Shown here: one piece after another, positions 7,996 to 16,608 of the stretch
Layout: each line of letters begins with the position of its first letter
Numbering within the stretch: position 1 is the first letter of the stretch
DNA from: an uncultured Alphaproteobacteria bacterium
GTDB taxonomy: Bacteria > Pseudomonadota > Alphaproteobacteria > CAAHEQ01 > UBA3637
Direction of reading: 5' to 3'
Assembly: GCA_944392795.1 (NCBI GenBank)
Contig: CALXXX010000024.1
Coordinates: 215 to 64,214, forward strand
Length of the DNA: 64,000 nucleotides
Notes under the pieces: model-generated
What the model saw: only the letters and a program-made list of their open reading frames with translations
Databases searched by the model: none
What the model was told of the DNA's origin: nothing
Position numbers and translations under genes: made by a program

Positions 7996-10128
7996 TTAAC
8001 TGCTAAATGTACTGCCAAACCCAGATGTTGGTTGCTGTTCCGGCGGGACATGAACCGTTGATTGATCAAAATTCGGATCATTCTTTAATTCTAACTGCTG
8101 TTGTCGCATAGCATCATATTCTGGTGTATTCCCTGTTCCTGTTGACGTCCCTGTCGATTGCTCTTGTTGAATAGCACTAACATCTGCTGCCATTTGCTTA
8201 TACATTTCTGTCATGGCTAAGCTCTTTTGAGCATCCGTCATCGTTGTATTTGATTGCAAAGCTTGTGCTTGAGCCGTATAATTTTGGACGACAGAACCAT
8301 AAACAGGAGGTAATTCTGTTGCCGTAGAAACTATTGGTGTTCCATTCGAAGAAGAACCAGAACCCAAGAATTGATCTAAAATATTAGCCCCTGAATTAAC
8401 ACCTGACACAATCGAATTAGCCGCATTAGAGACACTAGTTGAACCAGTTGCTGCATATTCTGCATTTCGACCTGCTGAGATCAACTTATAAACAGCTGAT
8501 TGAACATCTGACATTGTTCCACTACCGAATGCACTTTGAGCCAAACCGCCGATACCCTGTCCAGCTGTTGTTACTGTTGATTTAATATTGGAAATATCAT
8601 TAAGCATTTGTTGAGCCTGATCAGCATATCCAAGATCAACTCCGGTAATTTGTTGAAATGAATTTTCAAGCCCAGATGCCGTATTTGTTAAATTTCTAAA
8701 GAAACTCTCTAAATTATTAACATTATCAGCACCTGCTCCTAAGAAATCTAATGCGCCTTTAAATGTTTCTTCCAGTTTTTCGCCTGTTGTTTTGGCGGCC
8801 CACTCCTTATTAGATATTTCATCTATTTGATTAGTAAATTGTTCATATTTTTGTTGAAATTCTGCCTCTTTTTTAGCCAACATTTTATCTTTTTCTTCCT
8901 GGCTCAAAGCACTGTTTTCGATTGTTTTTTTAGTTTGTTCAAATTGAGCCTTCTCAGCATCAGCCTGAGCTTGTAAATTTTGTTTTTCTCGAGCCCATTC
9001 TTGTTTTTTTTGTTCTAAGGCCCGCTCAGCCTCTTTTTGTTTTTCCTGAACTAACTGATTAGCGGCCTCTTTTTGAATCTCAAGTTCTTGTTTTTGAGCG
9101 GCCTCTATTTCGGCTTTTGTTGATGCCAATTGTTCATCAACTTTTGCTTTTTCCATTGCTTTTTCTTCTGCCGACATATTCGGATTATTATCTATTTCCT
9201 CCTTACGTTGAGCAGCAGCTTCCTCTGCACGTTCTGTTGCTGTTTTTTCAAGAGAGGTACGTTCTTGTTCCAACCCCTCTAATTCACCCTGTCGAGAAGC
9301 TTCTAACTCTTCTAACATAAAATTTCGTTCTTCTTCTGAAAGCGTTTGATCATTCAGAATATTATTCATTTCCTCGTTATAACGTTGATTAACCTCATCT
9401 TGGGCGGCTTGATTTTCTGCTATTGCTTGTTCTTGTTCTCTTTGCGCCGCTGTTTTATTCAATTCTTTTTCTTGCTCCTGCAAAGGATTTAAAGCTTCTT
9501 CGCGCATTAATTCATTTTCCTCCAAAAGATGATTCCGCTCTTCTTCTGTCAAAGTTGGATCATCTAAAATAGCTTGACGTTGTGCATCATATTGCGCATT
9601 AATTTCATCTTGCTGAGTTTTATTTGCTTCCAAAGCTTTTTGCCGTTGAGCTTCTTCTGCAACAGCCTTTTCACGTGCAATGCGATTTTCTTCTTCCTTA
9701 ACACGAGCCTGATATTTTGCTTCCTCTGCCGCTATTAATTGTGCTTTTTCCTCGTCTGTCAATTTTGGATCCGCCTTAATTTTAGCTATATTCGTATCAC
9801 GTTCATAAAGAGCCTTATCTAATTCGGAAACAGTTGTTGGAACAGAAGTTGCTGTTGAAGTAGAAGCACCATCTAATTTAATTGTATCCTGAGTTATTTC
9901 ATGGAAATTTACAGTTCTTCCCATCAAGGCATCATCATAGACATGCAAGTTACCAAATTCATAAGGGATATAATCAGAAGAAGATGTTGTTGACCCGATT
10001 CCTGATGTTGTTGACCCGGTCCCTGATGTCGTGGTCGGAGTAGGAGTTGTTTGTTGTGCTAGCATACTTTCCGAAATACTCAATAAACCAATCGTTAAAA
10101 TTGTTGTCAGTAATAATCTGTTTTTCAT
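7996..10128 (-). CDS. Secreted coiled-coil repeat protein
   Basis: Signal-peptide-like MKNRLLLTTILTIGLLSISESMLA after AAGGAG; Thr/Ser-rich N-terminus; repeated I-x-x-[DN]-x-x-[LM]-[ST]-x-EE[KR] units. Confidence 0.8.
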   Translation of the reverse strand: MKNRLLLTTILTIGLLSISESMLAQQTTPTPTTTSGTGSTTSGIGSTTSSSDYIPYEFGNLHVYDDALMGRTVNFHEITQDTIKLDGASTSTATSVPTTVSELDKALYERDTNIAKIKADPKLTDEEKAQLIAAEEAKYQARVKEEENRIAREKAVAEEAQRQKALEANKTQQDEINAQYDAQRQAILDDPTLTEEERNHLLEENELMREEALNPLQEQEKELNKTAAQREQEQAIAENQAAQDEVNQRYNEEMNNILNDQTLSEEERNFMLEELEASRQGELEGLEQERTSLEKTATERAEEAAAQRKEEIDNNPNMSAEEKAMEKAKVDEQLASTKAEIEAAQKQELEIQKEAANQLVQEKQKEAERALEQKKQEWAREKQNLQAQADAEKAQFEQTKKTIENSALSQEEKDKMLAKKEAEFQQKYEQFTNQIDEISNKEWAAKTTGEKLEETFKGALDFLGAGADNVNNLESFFRNLTNTASGLENSFQQITGVDLGYADQAQQMLNDISNIKSTVTTAGQGIGGLAQSAFGSGTMSDVQSAVYKLISAGRNAEYAATGSTSVSNAANSIVSGVNSGANILDQFLGSGSSSNGTPIVSTATELPPVYGSVVQNYTAQAQALQSNTTMTDAQKSLAMTEMYKQMAADVSAIQQEQSTGTSTGTGNTPEYDAMRQQQLELKNDPNFDQSTVHVPPEQQPTSGFGSTFSS

Positions 10129-10158
10129 GTTCCACTCCTTATTCCATGTCCTCTTTTT

Positions 10159-10187
10159 AGGATAACTCTTTTCAAGGCTGAAGTCAA
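10159..10187 (-). promoter_or_regulatory. Candidate sigma70 promoter for the repeat protein
   Basis: TTGACT-N17-TATCCT on the minus strand. Confidence 0.55.
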
Positions 10188-10198
10188 TAAATACTGAC

Positions 10199-10237
10199 AA
10201 AAAAGCCTTCTTTTTTTTCGAAAAGAAGGCTTTTTTT
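10199..10237 (-). terminator. Intrinsic terminator after infC
   Basis: AAAAGCCTTCTTTT/AAAAGAAGGCTTTT inverted repeat with flanking A/T runs. Confidence 0.8.
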
Positions 10238-10240
10238 GAA

Positions 10241-10792
10241 TTACTTAGTCGAAATAGGACCTATCAGCATCCCCATAGCTTTTCCCTCAAGCTTAGGTTC
10301 TTGTTCCACCTTACCAATTTCGATTAAATCTGTTTTAATTCTGTTTAAAACATCTAGCCCTTGATCTTGATAAGACAATTCTCGTCCTCGAAATTTTAAT
10401 GTAAACTTGACTTTATTTCCATCGCTCAAAAAGCGTTTAGCGCTTTTTAGTTTGACTTCATAGTCATGTGTATCAATCATTGGAGTTAACTTTAATTCTT
10501 TTACTTCAACAATTTTTTGTTTTTTCTTCGCTTCATTTTTACGCTTTTGCATTTCATATTTATACTTACCTAAATCCAGTATCTTACAAACAGGCGGAAT
10601 GGAATTAGGAGAAATTTCAACTAAATCTAATCCCTCCTCTCTTGCCTTTGCCAAAGCTTCACGTGTAGAAACAACTCCTACATTATTTCCGTTCGAAAGG
10701 ATTAAACGCACTTCTTTAACAGAAATTTTTTCATTTGCTTTTGGTCCCTCGTCATTTGCAGGTTCAAAAGCTTTATTATTTTCGATAACTAT
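10241..10792 (-). CDS. infC: Translation initiation factor IF-3 (probable ATA start)
   Basis: LDLVEISPN, PPVCKILDLGKYKYE, KVKFTLKFRGRE; GGAGG lies 5 nt before an in-frame ATA at 10792. Confidence 0.95.
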   Translation of the reverse strand: MVIENNKAFEPANDEGPKANEKISVKEVRLILSNGNNVGVVSTREALAKAREEGLDLVEISPNSIPPVCKILDLGKYKYEMQKRKNEAKKKQKIVEVKELKLTPMIDTHDYEVKLKSAKRFLSDGNKVKFTLKFRGRELSYQDQGLDVLNRIKTDLIEIGKVEQEPKLEGKAMGMLIGPISTK

Positions 10793-10863
10793 TGTAGCCT
10801 CCATTTGATTATTAACACACATTAGAAAGAAAACCTCTTTCTGCCGTTATCATACTTATTTTT

Positions 10864-10893
10864 TTGACAGAATCAACTTTTTTTATATATACT
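10864..10893 (+). promoter_or_regulatory. Candidate sigma70 promoter (leaderless transcript)
   Basis: TTGACA-N18-TATACT ending 7 nt before ATG 10901; no SD. Confidence 0.55.
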
Positions 10894-10900
10894 CCTATCT

Positions 10901-12694
10901 ATGCGATGGATATTTATGTTTTTAATCATAATTTTTTCTTCTTGCGCTTTGGCTCAAGAAGAAAAATTACCAGCGCCCATCATCTCTGTCACAAAGTTTG
11001 TTAATCAAACAAAAAAACAGCTTCAATCAGCTCAAAAAAACTCTCCTAAAGAACTCTATCAACAAGCACCTTCTTGGACAACGGCGCTCTATGCCGATGA
11101 AAAATCTATGAGCCCTATAACAGGAACAGATGGAACCTCACCGTGGAAACAAACAATATTTGGACGTATTCGTTTACTTACTTGTCACACCGGTATAAAA
11201 AACTTAAGAAATTTATGGTTAACTTTAGATACGGAAATAAAAAAAGGATGGTCTATTCGCATTCCTCATTTAACTATCCAACCGACATCTCAAATTATAA
11301 ATGCTCATTTTTTTATTCCCAAACTCCCCCCCTTTGACGGGGAAAAGCCAAAACAATTTGTTAAAAGTGCCTCTTTTCCTTTTTATTTGCAGCTTAATCA
11401 AGCTAATACACCTTTAACAATAGATATTGACACAAATTTTGAAGCGTGCTTTCAAAATAATTGTCAACAAATTCAATCATCTGTTTCAATAACTCTTCCT
11501 AACACACAAAGTAAACCGTCTCCTTTTTGCCCATACATTCGCCGCTCAATGATGTATGTTCCTCTGGAAGCCTCAAAAGATGAGCTTACTTTCTTTTTAA
11601 CGCCGGAAAATTATTTACAAATTCAAGCTTCTTTTGAAAAAAAAGCATTTGAACCTCAAATTTTATTGACACAAAAAAAACAAATTTTTTACAAAATAAT
11701 ATCTCAAGAAACTATTCATAATAAGTTAAATATAACACTTTTACCTCAAAATTGGTCGCCAACCGAGCCTATTACTGTAACGATCATGAACAGAAAACAA
11801 ATAATGGAAAAAACAATGATTCCTCCATTAGGAGAAGCGCCAAATTTATCTTTTATCCCTTCTCAATCCAACAGACCATTCCGCTTTATTCTTTTCTTTT
11901 TAACAACCCCACTAATGTCTTATCTTTTATATGTCTTCTTCAAAAATGAATATAGCGCACGTCGAAAGAGCCTTTTCATTATTTGTATTTATCTTTTAAG
12001 CGGTATTTTATTTCAACTCCTTTTTCCACTCTTATCAGGTCTACATCTTTACGATTCTTTATTGTGGGCTTGGTCCATGGGAATCATCTTCATCCTTGCT
12101 GCTCTTTTTATTCAAAATTTAACTTTGATTTCTTTTATCGCTCTCACTTTTTTAGCTCCATTAACTTATCTTTATCCTCTTGTACAAGAAGATGAAAGTT
12201 GGCTCTTCGTTCAGTTAGCCTGTATATCAACTATACCTTATGTACTGTTTGCGTATATTCCCTCTTTTGCGGTCTCATGGAGTCGGTTTACACAAAAATT
12301 ATCACCCTTGTGGAAACGTCTCCCTTTGCTTATAAGTGGCACTATTTGGACTTTAATACTGCTTTGTTTACTCTATCATACCGCTGTCCCCACCCAAACA
12401 TCTCAGCAGCATCCCCAAGCAGAACTGATACTGATCAGTCCGCCTTGGCACATTCAAGGAACTCTTTTTGATATAACAGCCACACAGTTAAGCACAGGAA
12501 AAGAATTACTAAAAAAAGGAATACTATCCGTCAAAAGACAAACATCTCATTCAAAAATAGATATTCAACCCAACGAAACACCGTCTTTTCCTTTTGCTAT
12601 TTTAAAAGGAGAAAAACGATCAAAACCACTTATTTTCAAACCAACATTATCAACTTATCAACTAACAGACTACTTTAACTCTGTTCTTAATTGA
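10901..12694 (+). CDS. Degenerate DsbD/ScsB-like membrane protein
   Basis: Signal peptide; LTLDTEIKKGW and CFQNNC resemble the DsbD N-domain; multiple TM helices; C-terminal thioredoxin-like segment (LISPPWHIQG) without CxxC. Confidence 0.5.
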   Translation: MRWIFMFLIIIFSSCALAQEEKLPAPIISVTKFVNQTKKQLQSAQKNSPKELYQQAPSWTTALYADEKSMSPITGTDGTSPWKQTIFGRIRLLTCHTGIKNLRNLWLTLDTEIKKGWSIRIPHLTIQPTSQIINAHFFIPKLPPFDGEKPKQFVKSASFPFYLQLNQANTPLTIDIDTNFEACFQNNCQQIQSSVSITLPNTQSKPSPFCPYIRRSMMYVPLEASKDELTFFLTPENYLQIQASFEKKAFEPQILLTQKKQIFYKIISQETIHNKLNITLLPQNWSPTEPITVTIMNRKQIMEKTMIPPLGEAPNLSFIPSQSNRPFRFILFFLTTPLMSYLLYVFFKNEYSARRKSLFIICIYLLSGILFQLLFPLLSGLHLYDSLLWAWSMGIIFILAALFIQNLTLISFIALTFLAPLTYLYPLVQEDESWLFVQLACISTIPYVLFAYIPSFAVSWSRFTQKLSPLWKRLPLLISGTIWTLILLCLLYHTAVPTQTSQQHPQAELILISPPWHIQGTLFDITATQLSTGKELLKKGILSVKRQTSHSKIDIQPNETPSFPFAILKGEKRSKPLIFKPTLSTYQLTDYFNSVLN

Positions 12695-13122
12695 AGCTCC
12701 TCGATAAAACGACGAGCTAAAGCATCAACTCGTTCATTTTCCCGGTGTCCGTTATGTCCTTTAACCCAAACCCATTTCAAATGATGAGGAAGACTAAGTC
12801 TTAATAACTCTTGCCATAGTTCTAAGTTTGCTACAGGTTTCTTAGAAGCACTTTTCCAATTCTGAGCAACCCAAGTCGGAAGCCATTGAGTAAATCCTTT
12901 TAAAACATATGTACTATCTGTATAAATGGTCGCATCAACTGGCTCCTTTAACTGTCGAAGAGCTTCTATCACAGCCGTCAGTTCCATTTGATTGTTGGTT
13001 GTTTCTATTGCACCACCAGATATTTCTTTTTCTTTCCCCTTATAGCGCATTAAAACTCCCCATCCTCCCGGACCAGGATTTCCACTACATGCACCATCAG
13101 TGTAAATTTCAATTTTCTTCAT
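12670..13122 (-). CDS. rnhA: Ribonuclease HI
   Basis: IYTDGACSGNPGPGGWG, TTNNQMELTA, WVKGHNGHRENERVDALA. Confidence 0.97.
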   Translation of the reverse strand: MKKIEIYTDGACSGNPGPGGWGVLMRYKGKEKEISGGAIETTNNQMELTAVIEALRQLKEPVDATIYTDSTYVLKGFTQWLPTWVAQNWKSASKKPVANLELWQELLRLSLPHHLKWVWVKGHNGHRENERVDALARRFIEELQLRTELK

Positions 13123-13381
13123 TCCTTGAAGATGCCCGATTCTTTACCTATATTCAAGTATAAAGATAAAAAACTTTTTATTAGAGTATATTCTTTAAGA
13201 TATAATCTAAGATTTATCTTGTATTATCCAAAAAAATAGCAATATAAAAGGAAGATGAAGCAACAAAATTCCTATTCTTATTGGATGTTTTTTTAAAATG
13301 TATGCACTTTATTTTAAATTATTGTTGAAAAAAATATAAAAATACAAGTATAAACACTTTCAAGAAAAGAAATAACATAAG

Positions 13382-13750
13382 ATGATAAACAACATGACAA
13401 AAGAAAACTTTAGCAAAATATTGGGAAATCGCATTCGGGAGCTTAGGAAGATGAATGGGATGAGCCAATTGGATCTCGCCACGGAAATGGATGTAACACT
13501 GAATACTGTTTCCGGAATCGAGTGTGGGAAAACTTCTCCTAAAATTGAAACCTTGTGTCGAATGGCACTGGCTTTAGATATTCCGTTAGAGGATTTTTTC
13601 TCTTTTCCGGAACAATTTCCCCGTGATAAGAATGTTCGTCGGAAAGTAGAAAGCTTAGCACGTCAGTTGCTTCTATACGATGAGGATTTCATTGATTTAA
13701 TTATTGAAAATATTCATACAATGATGAAAATTAAAGGACCTAAAAAATAG
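13382..13750 (+). CDS. XRE-family helix-turn-helix regulator
   Basis: LGNRIRELRKMNGMSQLDLA...VSGIECGKTSP. Confidence 0.88.
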   Translation: MINNMTKENFSKILGNRIRELRKMNGMSQLDLATEMDVTLNTVSGIECGKTSPKIETLCRMALALDIPLEDFFSFPEQFPRDKNVRRKVESLARQLLLYDEDFIDLIIENIHTMMKIKGPKK

Positions 13751-13762
13751 GTCCTTTTTTTT
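13733..13762. terminator. Bidirectional terminator between convergent genes
   Basis: AAAGGACCT-N7-AGGTCCTTT plus T-run, overlapping the XRE stop codon. Confidence 0.65.
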
Positions 13763-13766
13763 CATT

Positions 13767-13952
13767 TTAAGCTACTTTTTTTGGCTTTATTTGAGCAGTT
13801 TGCATAGCTTTAGCTTCACTAAAGCAGACACGTTCGGCATATTCGCTTTGCTTTCCTTTATTAAAATGATTAACAGGTCTAAAATACCCCATCACACGTG
13901 TCCACACTTCGCAAGGTTGACGTTCTTCATCTTTTAAATGAACAGCACACAT
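13767..13952 (-). CDS. Stand-alone NrdD C-terminal glycyl-radical domain (61 aa)
   Basis: CEVWTRVMGYFRPVNHFNKGKQSEYAER matches the class III RNR C-terminal motif; SD AGGGAGG upstream. Confidence 0.8.
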   Translation of the reverse strand: MCAVHLKDEERQPCEVWTRVMGYFRPVNHFNKGKQSEYAERVCFSEAKAMQTAQIKPKKVA

Positions 13953-14132
13953 TTTTTCCTCCCTAAGATTTACTTCATTTTACAATATAACACAAAGAGT
14001 TAAAAAAAACGTTAATTTAAAAATCTTTAAAACTTTATAGTTATGTAGATAAGTATTGCTTTTCCTTCCTAAATGATATATATCTTTATTAACTTAGGTA
14101 ATAAAAATATTTTTATCATTAAGAGAAAAGAT

Positions 14133-15806
14133 ATGCCTGATAAAAAAAACACACTTCAAATTGGACGGAGTATGATTGAAATCATCGCTGTTTTAGCGAT
14201 TATTGGTATTTTAACTGCTCTTAGCCTAACTTTATATAGCTATTTAATCAACAAACACCGCGCTAATAACACAATTTATGATACTATGTTACGTGCTACT
14301 AATGTCCCAATGTATTATGAGACATATAAAGAGGCAAACGAAGGTACTCTTTTTAATTTCCCTGATCTAGGCCCAACGACACCAGACGCCTATCCAACTC
14401 AAGCCATTCGTGAACCCTTAACATCTCCCTACATTTTCCGAGTAGAAGTAAGTGCTATTCCTAATGAAGTTTGTCGACATGTGATTGATTTAAATCCAAC
14501 TGACATAGATCTTATCAAAATAAACTCAACAGAAAGGAGCAAACCAGACTCCACATCCGCAGATTGCTCGAAACAAAAATTAAATACCTTCTATTTTTAT
14601 TTCGAACCGACAACCCCCTCTTCGTCTGAAGAGGATGACGACCTTCAGGAAGGAGGCTGCACAGAAGATTCTTGTGAAAATTGTCATTTCTGTGATTCAG
14701 AAAGTGGGCAGTGCGTGCGTGAAGATTGCCCAATTCTAACCTGTCCAACAGGTTCTTATGCAACAGGCGTCGATGATTGCAACTGTATTATATCTTGTCA
14801 AGATTGCCCCGAGTTTACGCCATGTAATACTTGTTTTGATACTCTATATGACGCAAAAGGTTGTCCTACAGGTTGTACTCCCAGTACCTCTCATGAATGT
14901 TTATGTCCGGATGAACCTGTGTCTTGTAACCCTTTGTGCGAGACAGAAGGACAAGATAATAACGGCTGTCGAACATGTACTTCTTTATGTACAGAATCAT
15001 GCACAGTCTGTGGAGAAAATGGATGTGAAGCAAGTGATGCTCCAGAATGTCAGTGTCCGGAAGGATGTGATGCTTGTGAACAATGCGTCAACGGTGTATG
15101 TCAATTTATGTGTGGAGCAGAGGAAGTTTGCAATAGTGAAGGAACATGCGTACACTGTCCGTTAATTTTAAATGAAGGCAGAACTTGTCCTGATAATGGT
15201 CAGGGCGCTCTCTACATTACTTGGTGTCATAAAGAATCTTTAGGAGATAACAGCTGTGGTTGTTGCATATCTTGTCCTGGAGAAGGAGTAGCTTATGCTT
15301 TCAAACGAAATCCAGAGTCGCCAGAAGAGTGTTGTTTTGAGGAAGTTATTCAAAAATCAAATGGAGAATGGATGTGCTGCTCCTCAGATTCATCTCTTTA
15401 TAATATGAAATATGCATCTGGTCTCCGCTTTGACAGCAATAATAATCCTTATCTTGGAAGCCCAGCTCTTATTGATACTTTGTGTTGTAAAGCATCACCT
15501 CTTTGTCAATGGGGCTTGGATTACAAAGGAATAGAGATTTGTTATAGGCCTTATCAATGCTGCCCAGAAGGTTCAAAACCGCATATTATTTCGATGATTG
15601 ATAGAGGAGAACATGACATCGAATTTTTATCAGGATGCTGTGCTGGTACAGTGTCATTAAAATATTCTTGCGATTATACCGATTCTGATCCATCCAGTCC
15701 CTGTTATTATATTAGCGGCAATCATGCCGAGGCTTATACTTGTTCTACTGGGTGGATAGAAGATTGCTCAAATTGTACTTCCTCAGGCTATTATACGGTA
15801 GAATAG
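14133..15806 (+). CDS. Prepilin-like protein with a large Cys-rich C-terminal region
   Basis: QIG|RSMIEIIAVLAIIGIL prepilin-like leader (Glu+5), acidic linker, then about 58 Cys by hand count. Start set at MPDKK. Confidence 0.85.
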   Translation: MPDKKNTLQIGRSMIEIIAVLAIIGILTALSLTLYSYLINKHRANNTIYDTMLRATNVPMYYETYKEANEGTLFNFPDLGPTTPDAYPTQAIREPLTSPYIFRVEVSAIPNEVCRHVIDLNPTDIDLIKINSTERSKPDSTSADCSKQKLNTFYFYFEPTTPSSSEEDDDLQEGGCTEDSCENCHFCDSESGQCVREDCPILTCPTGSYATGVDDCNCIISCQDCPEFTPCNTCFDTLYDAKGCPTGCTPSTSHECLCPDEPVSCNPLCETEGQDNNGCRTCTSLCTESCTVCGENGCEASDAPECQCPEGCDACEQCVNGVCQFMCGAEEVCNSEGTCVHCPLILNEGRTCPDNGQGALYITWCHKESLGDNSCGCCISCPGEGVAYAFKRNPESPEECCFEEVIQKSNGEWMCCSSDSSLYNMKYASGLRFDSNNNPYLGSPALIDTLCCKASPLCQWGLDYKGIEICYRPYQCCPEGSKPHIISMIDRGEHDIEFLSGCCAGTVSLKYSCDYTDSDPSSPCYYISGNHAEAYTCSTGWIEDCSNCTSSGYYTVE

Positions 15807-16104
15807 TAGTGAACAATTATCAAAATGATGCTTTGAGGCTTTAAAGCCTCATAATAATTCTCTATGATATTTCGTTCAAATAGAGGGAATTCTGAGAAAA
15901 CTTTTTAAAATTTTAAAGAGTTATAAAATAGAGCTTTACTCAATAAGTCTGTTTTATTCCAGAACCTAAGGTTAAATAGAGTGTTTATTCTGAAAGAAAA
16001 CCACAGAGATAATTTGAATAAAACATAAAGAAATACATATGACTACATTATAAAAATTACATTTATAGAAAAAGTTTAAAAAGAAAATATTGGCATTGTT
16101 AATA

Positions 16105-16134
16105 AAAAACCCCTGTTAAAAAACAGGGGCTTTT
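16105..16134 (-). terminator. Terminator after ptsN
   Basis: CCCCTGTT/AACAGGGG hairpin with T-run on the minus strand. Confidence 0.7.
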
Positions 16135-16146
16135 CATAAATTTCAC

Positions 16147-16602
16147 CTATTCATCAGCATCTGCTGTTTGAATAATTTTCAAAGTTTCTTCTTTTGTTTT
16201 TGCGGAACGCAGCTGAGTACAAACATCTTCATTACGTAATAATTTAGAAATTCGTGCCAAAGCTTTTAAATGATCTGCGCCAGATTCTTCCGGCACCAAC
16301 AAGAAAAAGATTAAATCAACAGGTTTTCCATCAATTGCTTCGAAATCCAATGGCTTTGTACGCATAAAAGCACAAAATAAGTCCTTTAACCCAGGCAATC
16401 TTGCATGAGGAATTGCAACTCCCTTACCAATACCTGTTGTCCCCAAACGTTCTCGTTCGATTAAAGCATCAAAAACAGCTTGATGTTCACATCCAGTCAA
16501 AGGAGCAGACACTTCGGCGACTTCTTCAAGTGCTTGTTTCTTCGAAGCCGCATCAACATCTAAAAAGATGAGACTAGGCTTTAAAATATCCACAATTCTC
16601 AT
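16147..16602 (-). CDS. ptsN: PTS IIA nitrogen-regulatory protein
   Basis: LIERERLGTTGIGKGVAIPHAR (phospho-His), HLKALARISKLL. Confidence 0.93.
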   Translation of the reverse strand: MRIVDILKPSLIFLDVDAASKKQALEEVAEVSAPLTGCEHQAVFDALIERERLGTTGIGKGVAIPHARLPGLKDLFCAFMRTKPLDFEAIDGKPVDLIFFLLVPEESGADHLKALARISKLLRNEDVCTQLRSAKTKEETLKIIQTADADE

Positions 16603-16608
16603 GAGAAA

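Noticed and set aside
9975-10035. Short tandem repeat GATGTTGTTGACCCG
   Set aside because: Explained by the TTSG(T/I)GS coding repeat; not a CRISPR or separate element.
11326-11332. C7 tract in the DsbD-like gene (and G7 at 48857 in rsmB) as phase-variation sites
   Set aside because: Too short; the rsmB tract encodes the constrained PGG motif.
13190-13230. TAAGAT-containing quasi-repeats upstream of the XRE gene as an operator
   Set aside because: Imperfect and almost all A/T; not distinguishable from background.
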